Below, piece by piece: positions 12,963 through 26,048 of a DNA stretch of 64,000 nt (position 1 is its first letter; every line of letters begins with the position of its first letter). Origin of the DNA: Dendrobates tinctorius (taxonomy: Eukaryota); contig NW_027361673.1 of assembly GCF_039654945.1 (NCBI RefSeq), forward strand, positions 32,736,001-32,800,000. The letters are read 5' to 3'. Below the pieces are notes generated by a model. That model made no database searches. It had not been told where the DNA came from and worked only from the letters and a program-made list of their open reading frames with translations. The position numbers were made by a program, and so were the translations under genes.

Positions 12963-13465
12963 GGGGTCATACTTGGGTGGACTTTCATTTCCCATTCCAA
13001 CAGGTAAAGATGTGTATACCTTGACTTAGTGTTGTTATACTAATATATCCTGTTGGGTGGTATTTATAATACGTGTATTCTGGGGATGGGTGCTATATTT
13101 TCAATGTTGCCAACATAACAATGCCTAAGCAATTTGCTTTCCCATACACTGTCCAGAAACCCTTGTATGCCCCACTTTGTCGTCCTTGTGCTACCATGGT
13201 CATGTTTGGCTTGTTTTCACTTTCCCTGTACCTTGGTCATATTTCAATAAAGTTTCAATTTTTTATCCTTTGAATTATTTAGTTTTTTTGGACCTTTTTT
13301 GATCGCTTTTTCTTTTCTGTGTTTATTGTCATATTTTTGCGATTGTCCATATGTTTCCTAAACCCGTCACTCCACTATACATTAATGTTTATGGGTTGCT
13401 TATCCTTAATGTGGTTATGTTCTAATATTTCTGTGTTATGCACAGGTTTTTTTGTTTTTTCGGAT

Positions 13466-16400
13466 ATGGATTTCCGGGCTAAAGACAAGGCCTGGCTTGG
13501 ACAAATTGACCAGGTATTCGGATCCAGTGGGATCGAGTCACAGCTGTCTGAGGATCATTCACTTGATAGTCAAGCCCTCGAGATCGAAAAGCTGCTATTA
13601 AAACGCACCAAAATATGGTGGAATAGGGCTTTTTTGGAGAAATATGTTTCCTCTAATATGATCCCGAGGGGTCTTCGGGTTAGGGTCACTCCTTCTTTTC
13701 CAATTGAGGATGATGACTTCATCAAACGTTGGGAGGAAGCTTGTGGTACCTGCTCGTTAATTTTTATGAAGTTGCTAATTGAGCGTAATTCTAAGATCAT
13801 TGTAGACCTTGATAAAACAATAGATGATATTGAACGAAATTTTAAGGCAGTATGTGCATCTGAGAAGATTGCTGCTTTTGAATCTAGAATTGAGAAGAAT
13901 TTGGACTTATGTGTTAAAAAAATCAACGAAACTCAGGCCTCAAAATTTCAACGTGATATTAAAGACTTTGCAAATAAGGGTGTTTATTTTTGGAGGAAAC
14001 CTAACAGCAAAGCTCCAGGCCTACGTGGAGTCTCTTCAGTGGGTTCTCTATCCTCTATGAGTGACTCTTCAGAGTGGTCTACATCCTCCATAACAACACG
14101 GTCTGGTTCAAGGCCAAAGAGAGTGAGAGATGTCAATTTCCATCCCTACAAGCGGATGCAATTCAAGTCTCCTGAACGCAAGAAAAGTAATAAGGTAATT
14201 AATCTTAGTTCTCACGTTCTGACCGACTCTGACTTGTCACTATTGAGTAGAGGACTCACCTTTTCTCCCAAATCTCATTTCAACACCTTTATGGCCATAA
14301 AGGATCTACACTTATTTGCTAGATCCCTGATTTTTAAAAAATATTTCTTTGACCCTGATTTGCAAAGTCTTTTTCCCACAGAAAAGGAACAACTAGCCTT
14401 ACAAGACCTTGAGGATCTTTCCACCGAACACGAATTTGGCGAAGGAGGTAAGATTCCTCAATCTCTTAAAATCAAGTCCAAAAAATTCCCCCCTCTTACA
14501 TCTTGTTCAGCTGTCGATCTCTTTGTCCAGGTAGTTACCAGAGACTTTATGAATATCCCAAGAGGTATTGGTAGAGACAATCTTAGTCGCGATGAACGCA
14601 GTAGATTGGACGTCCTGAGGGGGCTTCCAGATGTTGTGTTAAAACCAGCTGACAAAGGGGGAAATGTGGTTATCTGGCCCAAACTCCTTTATGAGAAGGA
14701 GGCCCTTCGACAACTAAACAATAACATCTGCTATAAACGCCTAACGTTTAACCCTCTTTTGTCATTTGTAACTCAATTAAATAAAATCCTTGACTTAGCT
14801 GTCTCTAATGGGGTTATTACTAAGGAATTGGCTGGCTCCCTCAAGGTACAGGAACCAACCATAGCAACATTCTACCTGTTGCCCAAGGTACACAAGAGTC
14901 TGGAGGCCCCACCAGGACGTCCGATTATTTCTGGTTCTGGTAACTACCTGGAAAGAGTCAATCGTTGGATTGACTCTAAGCTACAACCCCTTGTGGAGAG
15001 CCTGCCCTCTTTTTTATTGGATACGGGTGAGTTTTTAAAGAGAATTGATGGGCTTCACATTGGCATCGGTACCATGCTGGTGACGGGGGATGTAGAATCC
15101 TTATACACCAGTATTCGGCACAAAGATGGACTCTCAGCTACAAAATATTTTCTTAATATGTCCAACTTACCTCTTGAGATTGTTTCCTTGGTTCTGGAAT
15201 TGCTTGAGTTCTCCCTAACACATAACTTTTTTACCTTCATGGGGTCCTTCTACCTGCAGCTCCAGGGGACAGCGATGGGGGCATCGTTTGCACCATCGTA
15301 TGCCAACCTGTTCCTGGGGCTGTGGGAGAGGGACCTCCCCCTGTCTGACCAGTATCAGTCGATGGACCGCATCCCCCTTTGGGTGCGGTACATCGACGAT
15401 ATTTTTCTGGTCTGGCAGGGAAATGAGGTACAATTATCCAACTTTATGGAGAGGATAAACTCAAACGACAGAAACATTCATTTAACATATCAGTATGACA
15501 TGACCAAGGTAAGCTTTCTTGATGTCAATGTGTGGAGAGATAATGATAATATACTCCAGACTAGCATTTTTAGGAAGGAAACTTCTTCCAACATGCTTCT
15601 TCATGCCTCCTCAGCTCACCCCAAATCACTGATAAATTCGATCCCAATTGGACAGTTCCTGCGTTTACGCAGGATCTGTTCCAGTGACAAAGATTTTGAA
15701 TCTCAAGCCCAGGATCTTTCGGATAGGTTCTTGGAGAGGGGTTATAGCAGGCGAGCAATTAAGAGAGCTCACAATCGTGCTAGATGGTCTACGCGCCAAT
15801 CCCTGCTATACAAACAGAGAGATAATAGATCTTGTAATAAAATTCGCTTTATCACCAATTATCACGCTCAATTTTCTAAAATGAGAAGTTGTTTACAAAG
15901 GGCGTGGCCCATCCTTCAGACGGACCCCATTTTGAACCAGTTAATTCCTCACAAACCTAGTATTACCATCCGGCGTTCTATGAATCTTAAAGATTATTTG
16001 GTTCGTAGCCACTACCAATCCGAACCCAAACAAACTTTTTTGAACGTGAGACGTCCTAGGTGTGGTTGTGCTCCCTGTGGCCGATGTGTCGCCTGCCCCA
16101 ATATTGATCAGGCGGACGCGTTCTTCAATTCATCAAGGAATAGGACATTTACTATTCGGCATCGTATATCGTGTACTACCCGGTATGTCATTTACTTTGC
16201 ATTATGTCCTTGTAATTTGATTTATGTAGGCATGACTACTCGGCCATTGAAGATTCGAGTCCGCGAGCATGTATTGGGGATACAGGCGGCAGTCGGTCAT
16301 GATGATCCGGCCACACTTAGGACTTTACCGCGTCATTTTAAATTTAAACATGATTGTGATGCATCGTTGCTCCGCGTTCGCGGTATAGATGCTATCAATC

Positions 16401-16525
16401 CAGGAGTTCGTGGCGGTAATCTTACCCAGCGACTCCTTCAGTGTGAGACACGCTGGATTTGGCTATTGGATACGGTTCATCCAAAGGGACTAAATGAGGC
16501 AATCAGTTTTGCTCCATTCCTCTAA
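13466..16525 (+). CDS. PLE polyprotein (RT + GIY-YIG), intact
   Basis: Same translation as 4699-7758. ATG at 13466 (MDFRAKDKAW) follows a likely splice acceptor at 13445. Confidence 0.95.
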   Translation: MDFRAKDKAWLGQIDQVFGSSGIESQLSEDHSLDSQALEIEKLLLKRTKIWWNRAFLEKYVSSNMIPRGLRVRVTPSFPIEDDDFIKRWEEACGTCSLIFMKLLIERNSKIIVDLDKTIDDIERNFKAVCASEKIAAFESRIEKNLDLCVKKINETQASKFQRDIKDFANKGVYFWRKPNSKAPGLRGVSSVGSLSSMSDSSEWSTSSITTRSGSRPKRVRDVNFHPYKRMQFKSPERKKSNKVINLSSHVLTDSDLSLLSRGLTFSPKSHFNTFMAIKDLHLFARSLIFKKYFFDPDLQSLFPTEKEQLALQDLEDLSTEHEFGEGGKIPQSLKIKSKKFPPLTSCSAVDLFVQVVTRDFMNIPRGIGRDNLSRDERSRLDVLRGLPDVVLKPADKGGNVVIWPKLLYEKEALRQLNNNICYKRLTFNPLLSFVTQLNKILDLAVSNGVITKELAGSLKVQEPTIATFYLLPKVHKSLEAPPGRPIISGSGNYLERVNRWIDSKLQPLVESLPSFLLDTGEFLKRIDGLHIGIGTMLVTGDVESLYTSIRHKDGLSATKYFLNMSNLPLEIVSLVLELLEFSLTHNFFTFMGSFYLQLQGTAMGASFAPSYANLFLGLWERDLPLSDQYQSMDRIPLWVRYIDDIFLVWQGNEVQLSNFMERINSNDRNIHLTYQYDMTKVSFLDVNVWRDNDNILQTSIFRKETSSNMLLHASSAHPKSLINSIPIGQFLRLRRICSSDKDFESQAQDLSDRFLERGYSRRAIKRAHNRARWSTRQSLLYKQRDNRSCNKIRFITNYHAQFSKMRSCLQRAWPILQTDPILNQLIPHKPSITIRRSMNLKDYLVRSHYQSEPKQTFLNVRRPRCGCAPCGRCVACPNIDQADAFFNSSRNRTFTIRHRISCTTRYVIYFALCPCNLIYVGMTTRPLKIRVREHVLGIQAAVGHDDPATLRTLPRHFKFKHDCDASLLRVRGIDAINPGVRGGNLTQRLLQCETRWIWLLDTVHPKGLNEAISFAPFL

Positions 16526-17827
16526 ACGGTTTCCATCTGCTTACGTGGCCGTGTTGTGGCCTTGGACCTATGTTTTTATGTTTTATTTTTAAGTTTCTAA
16601 TTTTGTATGTTTTTATTTTTAGAGTTCTCTAATTTTACACGTCTGTGTTTCAATCTTTGGAAATCTTTTTGGCCCTTTCATATTTGGATACCTTTGGGCA
16701 TATCGAGTCTTTCAGATGAGGAATGATATGGGTATCTTCGTGGCAACGTACATCGTCTATTTATGACCTTTGGTGTACTTCTATTGATGTTCCATCTATT
16801 TATTACAAGATGCTATTATAATATATCCATGCTATGCCTTCCTTCCCTTGACTGTATATGCCCTATTGGCGCTATATGTTTATACTAAATCTTTATATGG
16901 TTGTATGTATGATCCACTAATCGCATTTGCTCCAGGCACTAGTAACTAATGCCATGCTATCTAGTTGTTATTATTATACCTGCCTTTGATTCCTTTTCCT
17001 CCTGTAGTTATAGTATTTACATTTGATCTGATTATGCTTTGCATCAACATGTCTTTTTCGATATGTGTTCGGCGGTTCCGCCGTACGCGCACGCGCCGCT
17101 GTCTCCCACATGTCGGTCGGCTTTCGGCATCGGGTCATGTGACCAACCCTTGGGGCGTCATGACCACACGATGCCGACGCTGGCCGCCGTCAGGGTTGCC
17201 AGGGCGACGGAGCGCGTCATCATGGTTGGACGCCGCGTCACATATGACTCATAGGGGGGAGGAGTTGGTGACATGGCCATGATTGGGCGATGCTGACGTT
17301 GTCCGCCGCCAGGGTTGCCAAGGTGACGGAGTGCGTCACTAAGGTTGGACGTGTCGCCACCTCTGAGTCCTTAAGGGGAGGAGCTTATGACGTGGTCTCT
17401 TCTGGGACCGCGTCGTTATGATAGGACGTGCTTTCTCATGTGACCCAGTAGGGGGAGTGGCCGTCCTGACGTTACTACCGCCCATTATTAGTGTGCCCGC
17501 TGTTGTCATAAACATAGGACGGGGCGCAGCTCTTCTATGTTTATATATTGGAGATCCTTTGTGATACCCTATATGGGATAGTGATGGTTCTTATAATTGT
17601 ACATTGGATGTAGTATTTGTCTGCCTCCTTCCTGCTGGATATCGCTATATGGGTTGTTGTCATATGGAGCTATGTGGTTTGTGTGATGCAACCATGGTTA
17701 CAAGCGCCACCCCTGTGAGTGATTCCTATTAACCATATGATCGGCCTGATTCCTCACATGTGTGTGACTCATCATCCTATTGGTGGACTCTATTTTAAAT
17801 ATCCCTCACTTCCCTCATTTCCCATCA

Positions 17828-17866
17828 CCCCTTGAGAAAGGCCAGTTGCCGAAACGTGCGTTGGGG
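17828..17866 (+). ncRNA. Hammerhead ribozyme copy
   Basis: Identical to 12924-12962, offset +4904. Confidence 0.8.
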
Positions 17867-18960
17867 GGGGTCATACTTGGGTGGACTTTCATTTCCCATT
17901 CCAACAGGTAAAGATGTGTATACCTTGACTTAGTGTTGTTATACTAATATATCCTGTTGGGTGGTATTTATAATACGTGTATTCTGGGGATGGGTGCTAT
18001 ATTTTCAATGTTGCCAACATAACAATGCCTAAGCAATTTGCTTTCCCATACACTGTCCAGAAACCCTTGTATGCCCCACTTTGTCGTCCTTGTGCTACCA
18101 TGGTCATGTTTGGCTTGTTTTCACTTTCCCTGTACCTTGGTCATATTTCAATAAAGTTTCAATTTTTTATCCTTTGAATTATTTAGTTTTTTTGGACCTT
18201 TTTTGATCGCTTTTTCTTTTCTGTGTTTATTGTCATATTTTTGCGATTGTCCATATGTTTCCTAAACCCGTCACTCCACTATACATTAATGTTTATGGGT
18301 TGCTTATCCTTAATGTGGTTAAGTCAACTAAGTGACACATCGCAGGAATTAGGGAATCTTTTTCCTACATCATGCTGCTCTCAGACGAGGTAGCAAAAAC
18401 CTGCTGACAGATTATTTTTATGCAACTGAATGATCACAGGTTCAAGTACCCTAAGGAGACTAAAAAATTAAAGTAACAACATTTTTAAAAAGCCAACAAA
18501 TTGTAAGTTTAAATCACCCTTCTTTTTCACAGTTAAGAAATAATGAAAAAATATTGCCATGTCCATAATAGTCCAATCTATAAAGATATCTAATAGCTCT
18601 AACTATACGTTAAACACTAGAAAATTGAAAAGCAAGAATTGATTTTTTTTTTTAGTTGCGGTACTCTCCACAAAAATGCAACAAAAAGCAATCAAAATAT
18701 ACGTATGCCAAAATGGAATGAATAAAACCATAAGCTAGGCATGCAAAAAAATTAAGCCCTTACGTCATTCCATTGACTGAAAAATTGTATGTACCCCAAA
18801 ATAATAGCAATAAAATCATCAGTTTGCGCTGCAAAAAAACAAGGCATGACACATCGCCATCAATGGAAAAATAAGTGTTACTGGTCTCAGAAAAGACAGG
18901 AATCTAATCCTTGTTTTCTTTAATATTTTTTTTTTCCACTAATATATATACTTATATATA

Positions 18961-19460
18961 CAGGTGCTTCTCACAAAATTAGAATATCAACAAAAAGTTA
19001 TTTTATTTCAGTTGTTCAATAAAAAAAAGTGAAATTCATGTATTATATAGAGTCATTACAAACAGAGTGATCTATTTCACGTGTTTATTTCTGTTAATGT
19101 TGAAAACCCAAAAGTCCTTATCTTAGTAAACTAAAATACTTTATAACACCAGCTTGAAAAATAATTTTAAAATCCGAAATGTTGTCCTGCTGAAATGTAT
19201 GTTCAGTAAATGCGCTCAATACTTGGTCAGGGCTCCTTTTGCATCAATTACTGCATCAATGCATAGTAGCATGGAGGTTATCAGCCTGTGGCACTGCTGA
19301 GGTGTTATGGAAGCCCAGGTTGCTTTGACAGCAGCCTTCAGCTCATCTGCATTGTTGGGTCTGGTGTCTCTCATCTTCCTCTTGACAATACCGCATAGAT
19401 TCTCTATGGGGTTAAGGTCAGGTGAGTTTGCTGGCCAATCAAGCCCAGTGATACTGTTGT
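18961..19460 (-). mobile_element. Tc1/mariner remnant (one TIR plus transposase C-terminus)
   Basis: TA|CAGGTGCTTC terminus. Minus strand reads WPANSPDLNPIENL...AVIDAKGALTKY*. Confidence 0.85.
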
Positions 19461-19883
19461 GTAGGTTACTGTATTTGTTAATAAATAAATGAAAAAAAAA
19501 ATTAAATGGGGGTCCCCCCTATTTTTTTCTGGTCCTGGTGCATGAGGCACGATTTAGTGAAGTCATTACGCCTCCTTGGCTGAGTTTTATAAAGCACAGG
19601 CAAATGGTGGCGCAGACGTTCCCTGTTCCATTATTGTAGTCAACTGTATCTACTTCCTAAAGAGGCAGATACAGTTTAAATTGGGACATGTCACTGGCCC
19701 TATGAGAAAGCTGGACTTGTCGCTGACCTTCTGAGACAGTGGGACCCTGGATCTGGGACAATGGGAGAATTGTCTTATGTATGATATGGAGAGGACTTGC
19801 ATGCATGTTCGGAGTTAACAGCAAAACCTGGATGGATTTATACATTCCAAGTATGAGAGAGCATCCTGCCATTTGGAGGATAA

Positions 19884-20831
19884 AGCTGGGTTCACACGTA
19901 GCGGAACTCTGGCGGAAATTACCGCGAGAATTCCGGAATTCCATTCCACGGGAAAATCGCATTTTAAATTCCCGCGATTTTCCCGCGGAAAAACTAGCAT
20001 TTTGCAAGCGTAATTAGCTTGCAGAATTGCTAGCGTTTTCCAAGCGATCTGTAGCATCGCTTGGAGAACTGATTGACATGTTGGTCACACTCGTCAAACA
20101 TAGTGTTTGACGAGTGTGACCAACTTTTTACTATTGAGGCCGCCTATGCGGCATCAATAGTAAAAAATAGAATGTAAAAAATAATAATAAAAAAAAAAAA
20201 TATTGTTGTCACCTTCCGACGTCCCACGCAGCCTTCCCGCCTCTCTCCACGCTCCCGGTCCCAGTAATCCTTTGCGACAATTACCGCGATGAAGTCCGTT
20301 CTCACGGGATCGTGACGTCTCACGGTCATTCGCGATGACGTCGGCGAATGACCGCGAGAACGGACGTCATCGCTCGCAAAGGCTTACTGGGACCGGGAGC
20401 GTGGAGAGAGGCGGGAAGGCTGGGCGCGACGTCGGAAGGTGAGAATAACAATATATTTTTTTTTAAATTCTATTTTTTACAGGGATATGGTACCCAAAGC
20501 CCGGAGGGCAGTCTCCTCTCCTCCAGAACGTGGGTACCATCCGCAAATGTTCTGCTTACTTTTCGCATGGTGTGCACAGCCACATGCGGAAAGTAAGCAG
20601 AACAATGCATTCCTATGGGTGCGGGATCGCCGCGATTCCGCGAAATTAATGAGCATGCTGCGTTTTTTTACCGCAAAGCGATTCCGCCGCGGTAAAAACC
20701 GCAGCATTAGCACAGCATTGCGGAATCCCATAGGAATGCATGGGATGCTTATTTTTCGCGTTTTCGCGGCAAAAACGAGCGGAAAATACCGCCGCGGAAA
20801 AGCGAAAAAAACGGTACATGTGAGCGAGGCC
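19884..20831. mobile_element. Harbinger-like MITE with a long internal inverted repeat (~20160-20480)
   Basis: TAA|AGCTGGGTTCACACGTA ... TACATGTGAGCGAGGCC|TAA, with CCGCGG-rich subterminal repeats. Confidence 0.75.
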
Positions 20832-21840
20832 TAAAGGACCTTAAAAACAAGCTCATGTGCAGATCCTATGTCAGCTCAGCCAAACTGTGGAAAAATGTAA
20901 TCACTCAGCCTGGGGGATGAAGGACCTTGGCAGAGGTCACATGGGTTTACAGGCACTGTGCAAGCATGAGCCGGACAACAGGTAAAAACTAAAGCATTCA
21001 AATGTGAAAAGACATGCTACAGCTCAGGGGCGAAGGGATTTAGCGCAGAGTTACTTGGATGTGTGGATTCTATGTCAGCGTTAGTGTGGCCCCAGGGAAA
21101 ACTAATACATTCAGAAGTGATAAGGTATCCTGCTGCTAAGTGGATAAATGAGCTTAGCATGAATTCACATGGGTGTGCACACATTCCAGGCTCAATCTCT
21201 TATCATCACATTGACAAGTTCACATGATCTATGTAAATGCATGGTCACTTGATCTTTTGCGGGAATATGATAGTATTAACATCATGAATGGAAACAAAAT
21301 GTACAAATATGTGTGTGTGCATGATAGACGAGTTATTTGCATGTATTATTTACATTCACATTATGCACATTATTAAAGGGAATCTGTCACCCATTTTTTG
21401 TGATATGATGTAAAAATATCATTTAATTTAGTGTCACATAAGCAATGTAGCAGTACTTTTGATACCCCCTGACTCCCCACCTTTGATGCATAAATACCGT
21501 TTTTATTCCTGTTGCGGTGTATGTAAATTTCCTCGGTCTGGTCCGATGGACGGAGCTTATTATTGTTTCAGCAACAAGTTGTTTATTATTTTCTGCACAG
21601 GCTGTTTTGGGTCGACCAGTTTTTGGAGCATTAAGGATTGAGCCAGTGGCATCGAATTTGTCACGAATGCGGTAAATGGTTTGTCTCTTTTGGGCTTGAG
21701 TACCAAATGTTTCAACCCAATTTGCTCTGTTTCAGCATTTTAAGATTTCCAATACTCTTTTAAAATCCATTTTCTTTGATCTGCATTTAAATTATTTGCC
21801 ATTATGGGTTATCTGAATTATCTGAAAAGAAAACAGATTT

Positions 21841-22019
21841 GGGGGAGATTTATCTGTGAAAACTGGATCTGTGAAACTGACTCAGTTGCCCCTAGCAACC
21901 AATCAGATTCCACCTTTCATTTTCCAAAGAGTCTGTGAAGAATGAAAAGTGGAATCTGATTGGTTGCTAACGGCAACTGAGTCAGTTTCACTTTACACCA
22001 TGTTTGATAAATCTCCCCC
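21841..22019. mobile_element. Short palindromic MITE
   Basis: GGGGGAGATTTATC ... GATAAATCTCCCCC with near-perfect internal inverted arms. Confidence 0.8.
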
Positions 22020-22269
22020 TTCATAACCCTATTACACATGCTGTCCACCTACTTTTGGACCACCCTGTATACTAACCTTGTAATGTCTTCACATCCTGTT
22101 CCGTCCAGATGTGTCTGGATCCCAGAATTCCAAATGGCGGAAGTGATGGGTGTCTCAAAATGGAAACTGCTGGTGGTACCAGCCTCTTGCGCTGTACCAC
22201 CAGCGGAACACCGTCGCACCACACACACTCTGTATACACCATACACACCACACACACACAAACACACAC

Positions 22270-22974
22270 TGTCATGATCCAGGACGGGATTTCGCTTTGA
22301 CCTGTCCTGGTTAGACTATGGGTTAATTGTGCTGCCTCTCTCTGACAGCAGGAGGCTATTTAGTGCTCACTGGACCTGGGTCCAGTGTCAGTTATACTCC
22401 AGCCCTCGGCTGAGTTAAGTGACCTCTTGTATACGTGTGCCTTGTGCCTGATATCTTGCTTGCTTGTTCGGTTGTGATCTGGTTCTGTCCCTGTTACGAG
22501 TTCTGCCTGACCCTCTTGTACTGCGCTACCTCTCGTGTATGACTCTCTGCTTGTGACCCGACTTCTCTCTGCTTGTCCCCTTGGTACCACGTCGCCCTCT
22601 TGTGTATGACCTTTGGCTTTGTCTGACTACCCGTCTGTTTGTCCCTCCTGTACCTCGTTTGCCCGTACTGCTGTGACCTCGGTTTTGCCTGACTCTGAGT
22701 TGTTGTATGGTGTCCTGTCCTATCTGATTACAGGACGCTAAGCCGCGCCCCCTTGCAGTCACATGACCATAGGTCCCGTGCAGATTATTCAGTTTAAGTG
22801 TCCACAGGTCCTATGCCTCTTTACCTTCCAGCGCTGACTGGACCCTGACACTATTAGCCTGAAGCACGCATGGTCACCTCTGCTGCCTACTCCACAGGTA
22901 TCTTTTAGCACTGCTTCTGTACTCAGGACATGCGCACTGGCTTTATGAGCAAGTGCAGTGCGGTGTCTCTGACA
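22270..22974. mobile_element. Solo LTR
   Basis: TGTCA...TGACA termini with 5-bp TSD CACAC (22265-22269, 22975-22979), splitting a CA-rich repeat. The TSD lies in low-complexity sequence. Confidence 0.7.
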
Positions 22975-24372
22975 CACACACTGTATATGCCATACACACC
23001 ACACACACATACACACATACATACACATACACACACACTGTATACGCCGTATGCATCACACACACACTCTGTATATGCCGTATGCACCACATAAACACAC
23101 ACACTGTATACGCCATACACAACCTCTTGCGCGGTACCACCAGTGGAACACCGTCGCGAACACGCCGCCGGCATCAGCCGAATGACTCACTGACCGCTGC
23201 CATCTTTGTACAGGAGGAGCGCATGCGCAGTTTTAATGTGACCGCCGCTACCTATCTGCACAAAGATGGCGGCGGTCTGATTTACTGCGCCTGCTCGAAT
23301 TCCACACAGGCTCAGTGAATCATTCGGCTGATCCCGGCGGCAGAGGCGCGACGTGTCTGCAGGCAGAGGAAGCCGGTCACATTAAAGGGGTTTTCCCACA
23401 AACGAAGAGCACATGGGGTACACAGGTCAAAGAAGAGATGACATGAGAGGAGAAGACAGCAGATGGGGAAGAGAGACAGAGCGCAAGGGTGAGAGAGACA
23501 GAGCACAGGGGGGAGACAGCTCAAACGAGACAGCACATGGGAGAACACAGCACAGGAAAGAGACAGCAGACAAAGGGGTTATCACATGGGGTAGAGAGGT
23601 CAAAGAACAGAGCACAGATGGGAGAAGTCAGCACATGGGGAAAGAGAGAGGGTGAGCACATGGGGGGTGAGAGTCTCAACAATGCAAAGCCTGCCCCATC
23701 ATGACATTACCGCCCTCCCAATGTGATAGCATCAGGCCTCCATCTAGTTAAATAATTGTGAACCAGTTGCTGAAAAACCTATTATCTGGCAACAATCTAA
23801 ATGACACAAGATTTCCATTACCATAGTTTTATGTCATATAACCATTAGTAATCTGCTTAAATCCAAAATTTACAGTATAGGGTCCTATCAGCTAGAAAAA
23901 GTGGGAGACACCTAATAGTGGTACAAGAAATCAGATTTGAGCCCTCTGAGTGTGTCGCCTCGTGTTGGAAAATTCAGAAGTCTTACCTTACCTCAGCGGG
24001 ATGGGGGGGGCAAGCCTGCAAAGGCTGTGAGTGACAAATATCACATCTTGAATCTGCTCAGAGCAGGACAAATGCTTGCTTGCAATATAGAGTCATGCTG
24101 AAGCTGCCAAAAAACATTCTAGAAACATAATTCCATAAGAAGTTATGGAGATACTATACGTCCTAGCGGTACATCATTCATATTTCCGAGATCTCCAGAA
24201 CAAGTTGAATGCCTTCCAGGGGATCGATCTGTTCTAACTACGCAGGGAGGGGAGATACGTAGAATGGCTAATAAGAACCTGATAGCCAAGATGTGTTTAG
24301 TCTCAAAGCATAGCAGAGGCCCTGCTGGATCCGATGATGCCAAAACCGCCTCCATAGGATCGTCCATTAAAG

Positions 24373-24534
24373 CAGGGTTCCCCAACTCCAGTCCTCAAGG
24401 CCCACCAACAGGTCATGTTTTCAGGATTTCCTTTGTATTGCACAGGTGAAGCAATTGTCACCTGAGCAATACTAAGGAAATCCTAAAAACATGATCTGTT
24501 GGTGGGCCTTGAGGACTGGAGTTGGGGAACCCTG
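24373..24534. mobile_element. hAT MITE (162 bp)
   Basis: Near-complete palindrome CAGGGTTCCCCAAC...GTTGGGGAACCCTG with 8-bp TSD CATTAAAG. Confidence 0.92.
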
Positions 24535-24680
24535 CATTAAAGAGTTATGACGCCTCTTAGGTTTTGGAGTTTTTATCTGCTATAGGCAAGGGGAGAGCTC
24601 TGCAAAGGAATACATGGATTTCGTCCACCCTGCCCAAATGATGAAATTCCAGAAGGTTAATAAAGTTTGACAGTGGTTTA

Positions 24681-24722
24681 TTCTACGCGTTTCAAGGTTT
24701 TTTGCCACCTCTTCTTCAGGAA
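24681..24722 (-). ncRNA. Hammerhead ribozyme of PLE-2
   Basis: Minus strand TTC-CTGAAGA-AGAGGT..AACCTT-GAAA-CGCG-TA-GAA. Confidence 0.8.
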
Positions 24723-26048
24723 ATACCACATGAAGCATACATAGGTGGTGCATTAAGTACACACAGATTTCAAAAAAATGAGCTCCAAACAGTCAGATGA
24801 CACATGTCAAAGTTCATAGTTAGCAGACAGTTTAAAAATTCATAGTAATAGTTAGAAGCTGTTCTTATATTGACATGTCTATTTTAATTTCACAGGTTGT
24901 TGAACAAAAGGAAAAAAAAAATATAAGGAAAATTAAAAAACACCTATATACTGAGCAAGAAAAACAAACCTTGGACACGAACTCCTAAAGATATGCCTCA
25001 GTTGCCTCCAGATCTGCTGCCTGACAATTAGACCAATCGGCTATACTAACAAGTTCCTGCAAGTGTATCCAATGTGGACGAGACATATGTTGAAATAAAC
25101 CATTAGTTAAAAATTAAATTGTAGGGATCTAAATTTTAATCAATTAAAAATAAATGTTTTATTAATAAAAAGTAAAAAATATAGAATATATTTTTTTTTT
25201 AAAAACTTAGGTTCGGCTTAGAATTCCTATTTAATGATGAATTAGAATAAAGGGAAAAGAAAAAAAAAGGGGTGAATCAGTCACCTGCCAAAGCTCAGTG
25301 GCAGAGTGGGAAGGACAATGTGCTCCACACCTGCAATATTGCATACACCTTCAGGATCGTACCACAGGAGGAGGACACAACGCTTCTCCAAATACCACAT
25401 GGCTGTTAAAGACTCCAGCACAGAGTCAAATTATACAGCGACCAGTGCTAGTATAAGTCACATACCAAAGTTTAAAAAAAACTCACTCCTTCACCACCTG
25501 AGGATAGCAAATGATGTCAGAGGATGATTTCTTTAGGACAAAGGAATGATTGGTTATATACAAATATTTCTGAGAGGAATATTAACAAACTTAAAAAAAA
25601 TAAATATACCAGTATTTATTTTACTGGGGTCCAAAGACAGTCCAGAAAGAGGAGAGAAGTTAATGCTCTGTAGAACTACTATTTCTCTGAGTGGAGATAG
25701 AATAGAAAAAAAAAAAAAACAGGGTCTAGGTTACTCATCTAATTTTCTAACTGCAGCACCATCGGTTTATTCCTATTACTGTGGAGCACTAATAGTTAAT
25801 AAGTCTCTAAATTTAAAGGGCTTACTAGACATAAAGGGGTATGATGGAATTAAATATAATAAAACCACATTAAAAATACTTCCCTTATAAAACATGAATA
25901 AGATCTTTTATAACTAATCAACCCATCAGGTATTTTATGGTGAAATTCTTTAAAAACTCCCACAGAAAAATAAATATTAAAATATTAAAAGACATCCATA
26001 AATATTAAAAAATATAAATAAATACATATAACAAACTCTATTAATAAA

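Larger units (their letters stand above)
2992..18321. mobile_element. Composite Penelope-like element (PLE, Neptune-type): minus-strand arm 2992-12017 and plus-strand arm 12017-18321, 4904-bp repeat unit
   Basis: Flanked by TSD (TA)AGTCAACTAAGT at 2978-2991 and 18320-18333. ORF-track translations recur unchanged with 4904-bp period and in mirror image. Confidence 0.95.

Noticed and set aside
13319-13465. 49-aa hydrophobic N-terminal extension of the PLE ORF
   Set aside because: Begins at a non-ATG codon in T-rich, probably intronic sequence. ATG 13466 is preferred.
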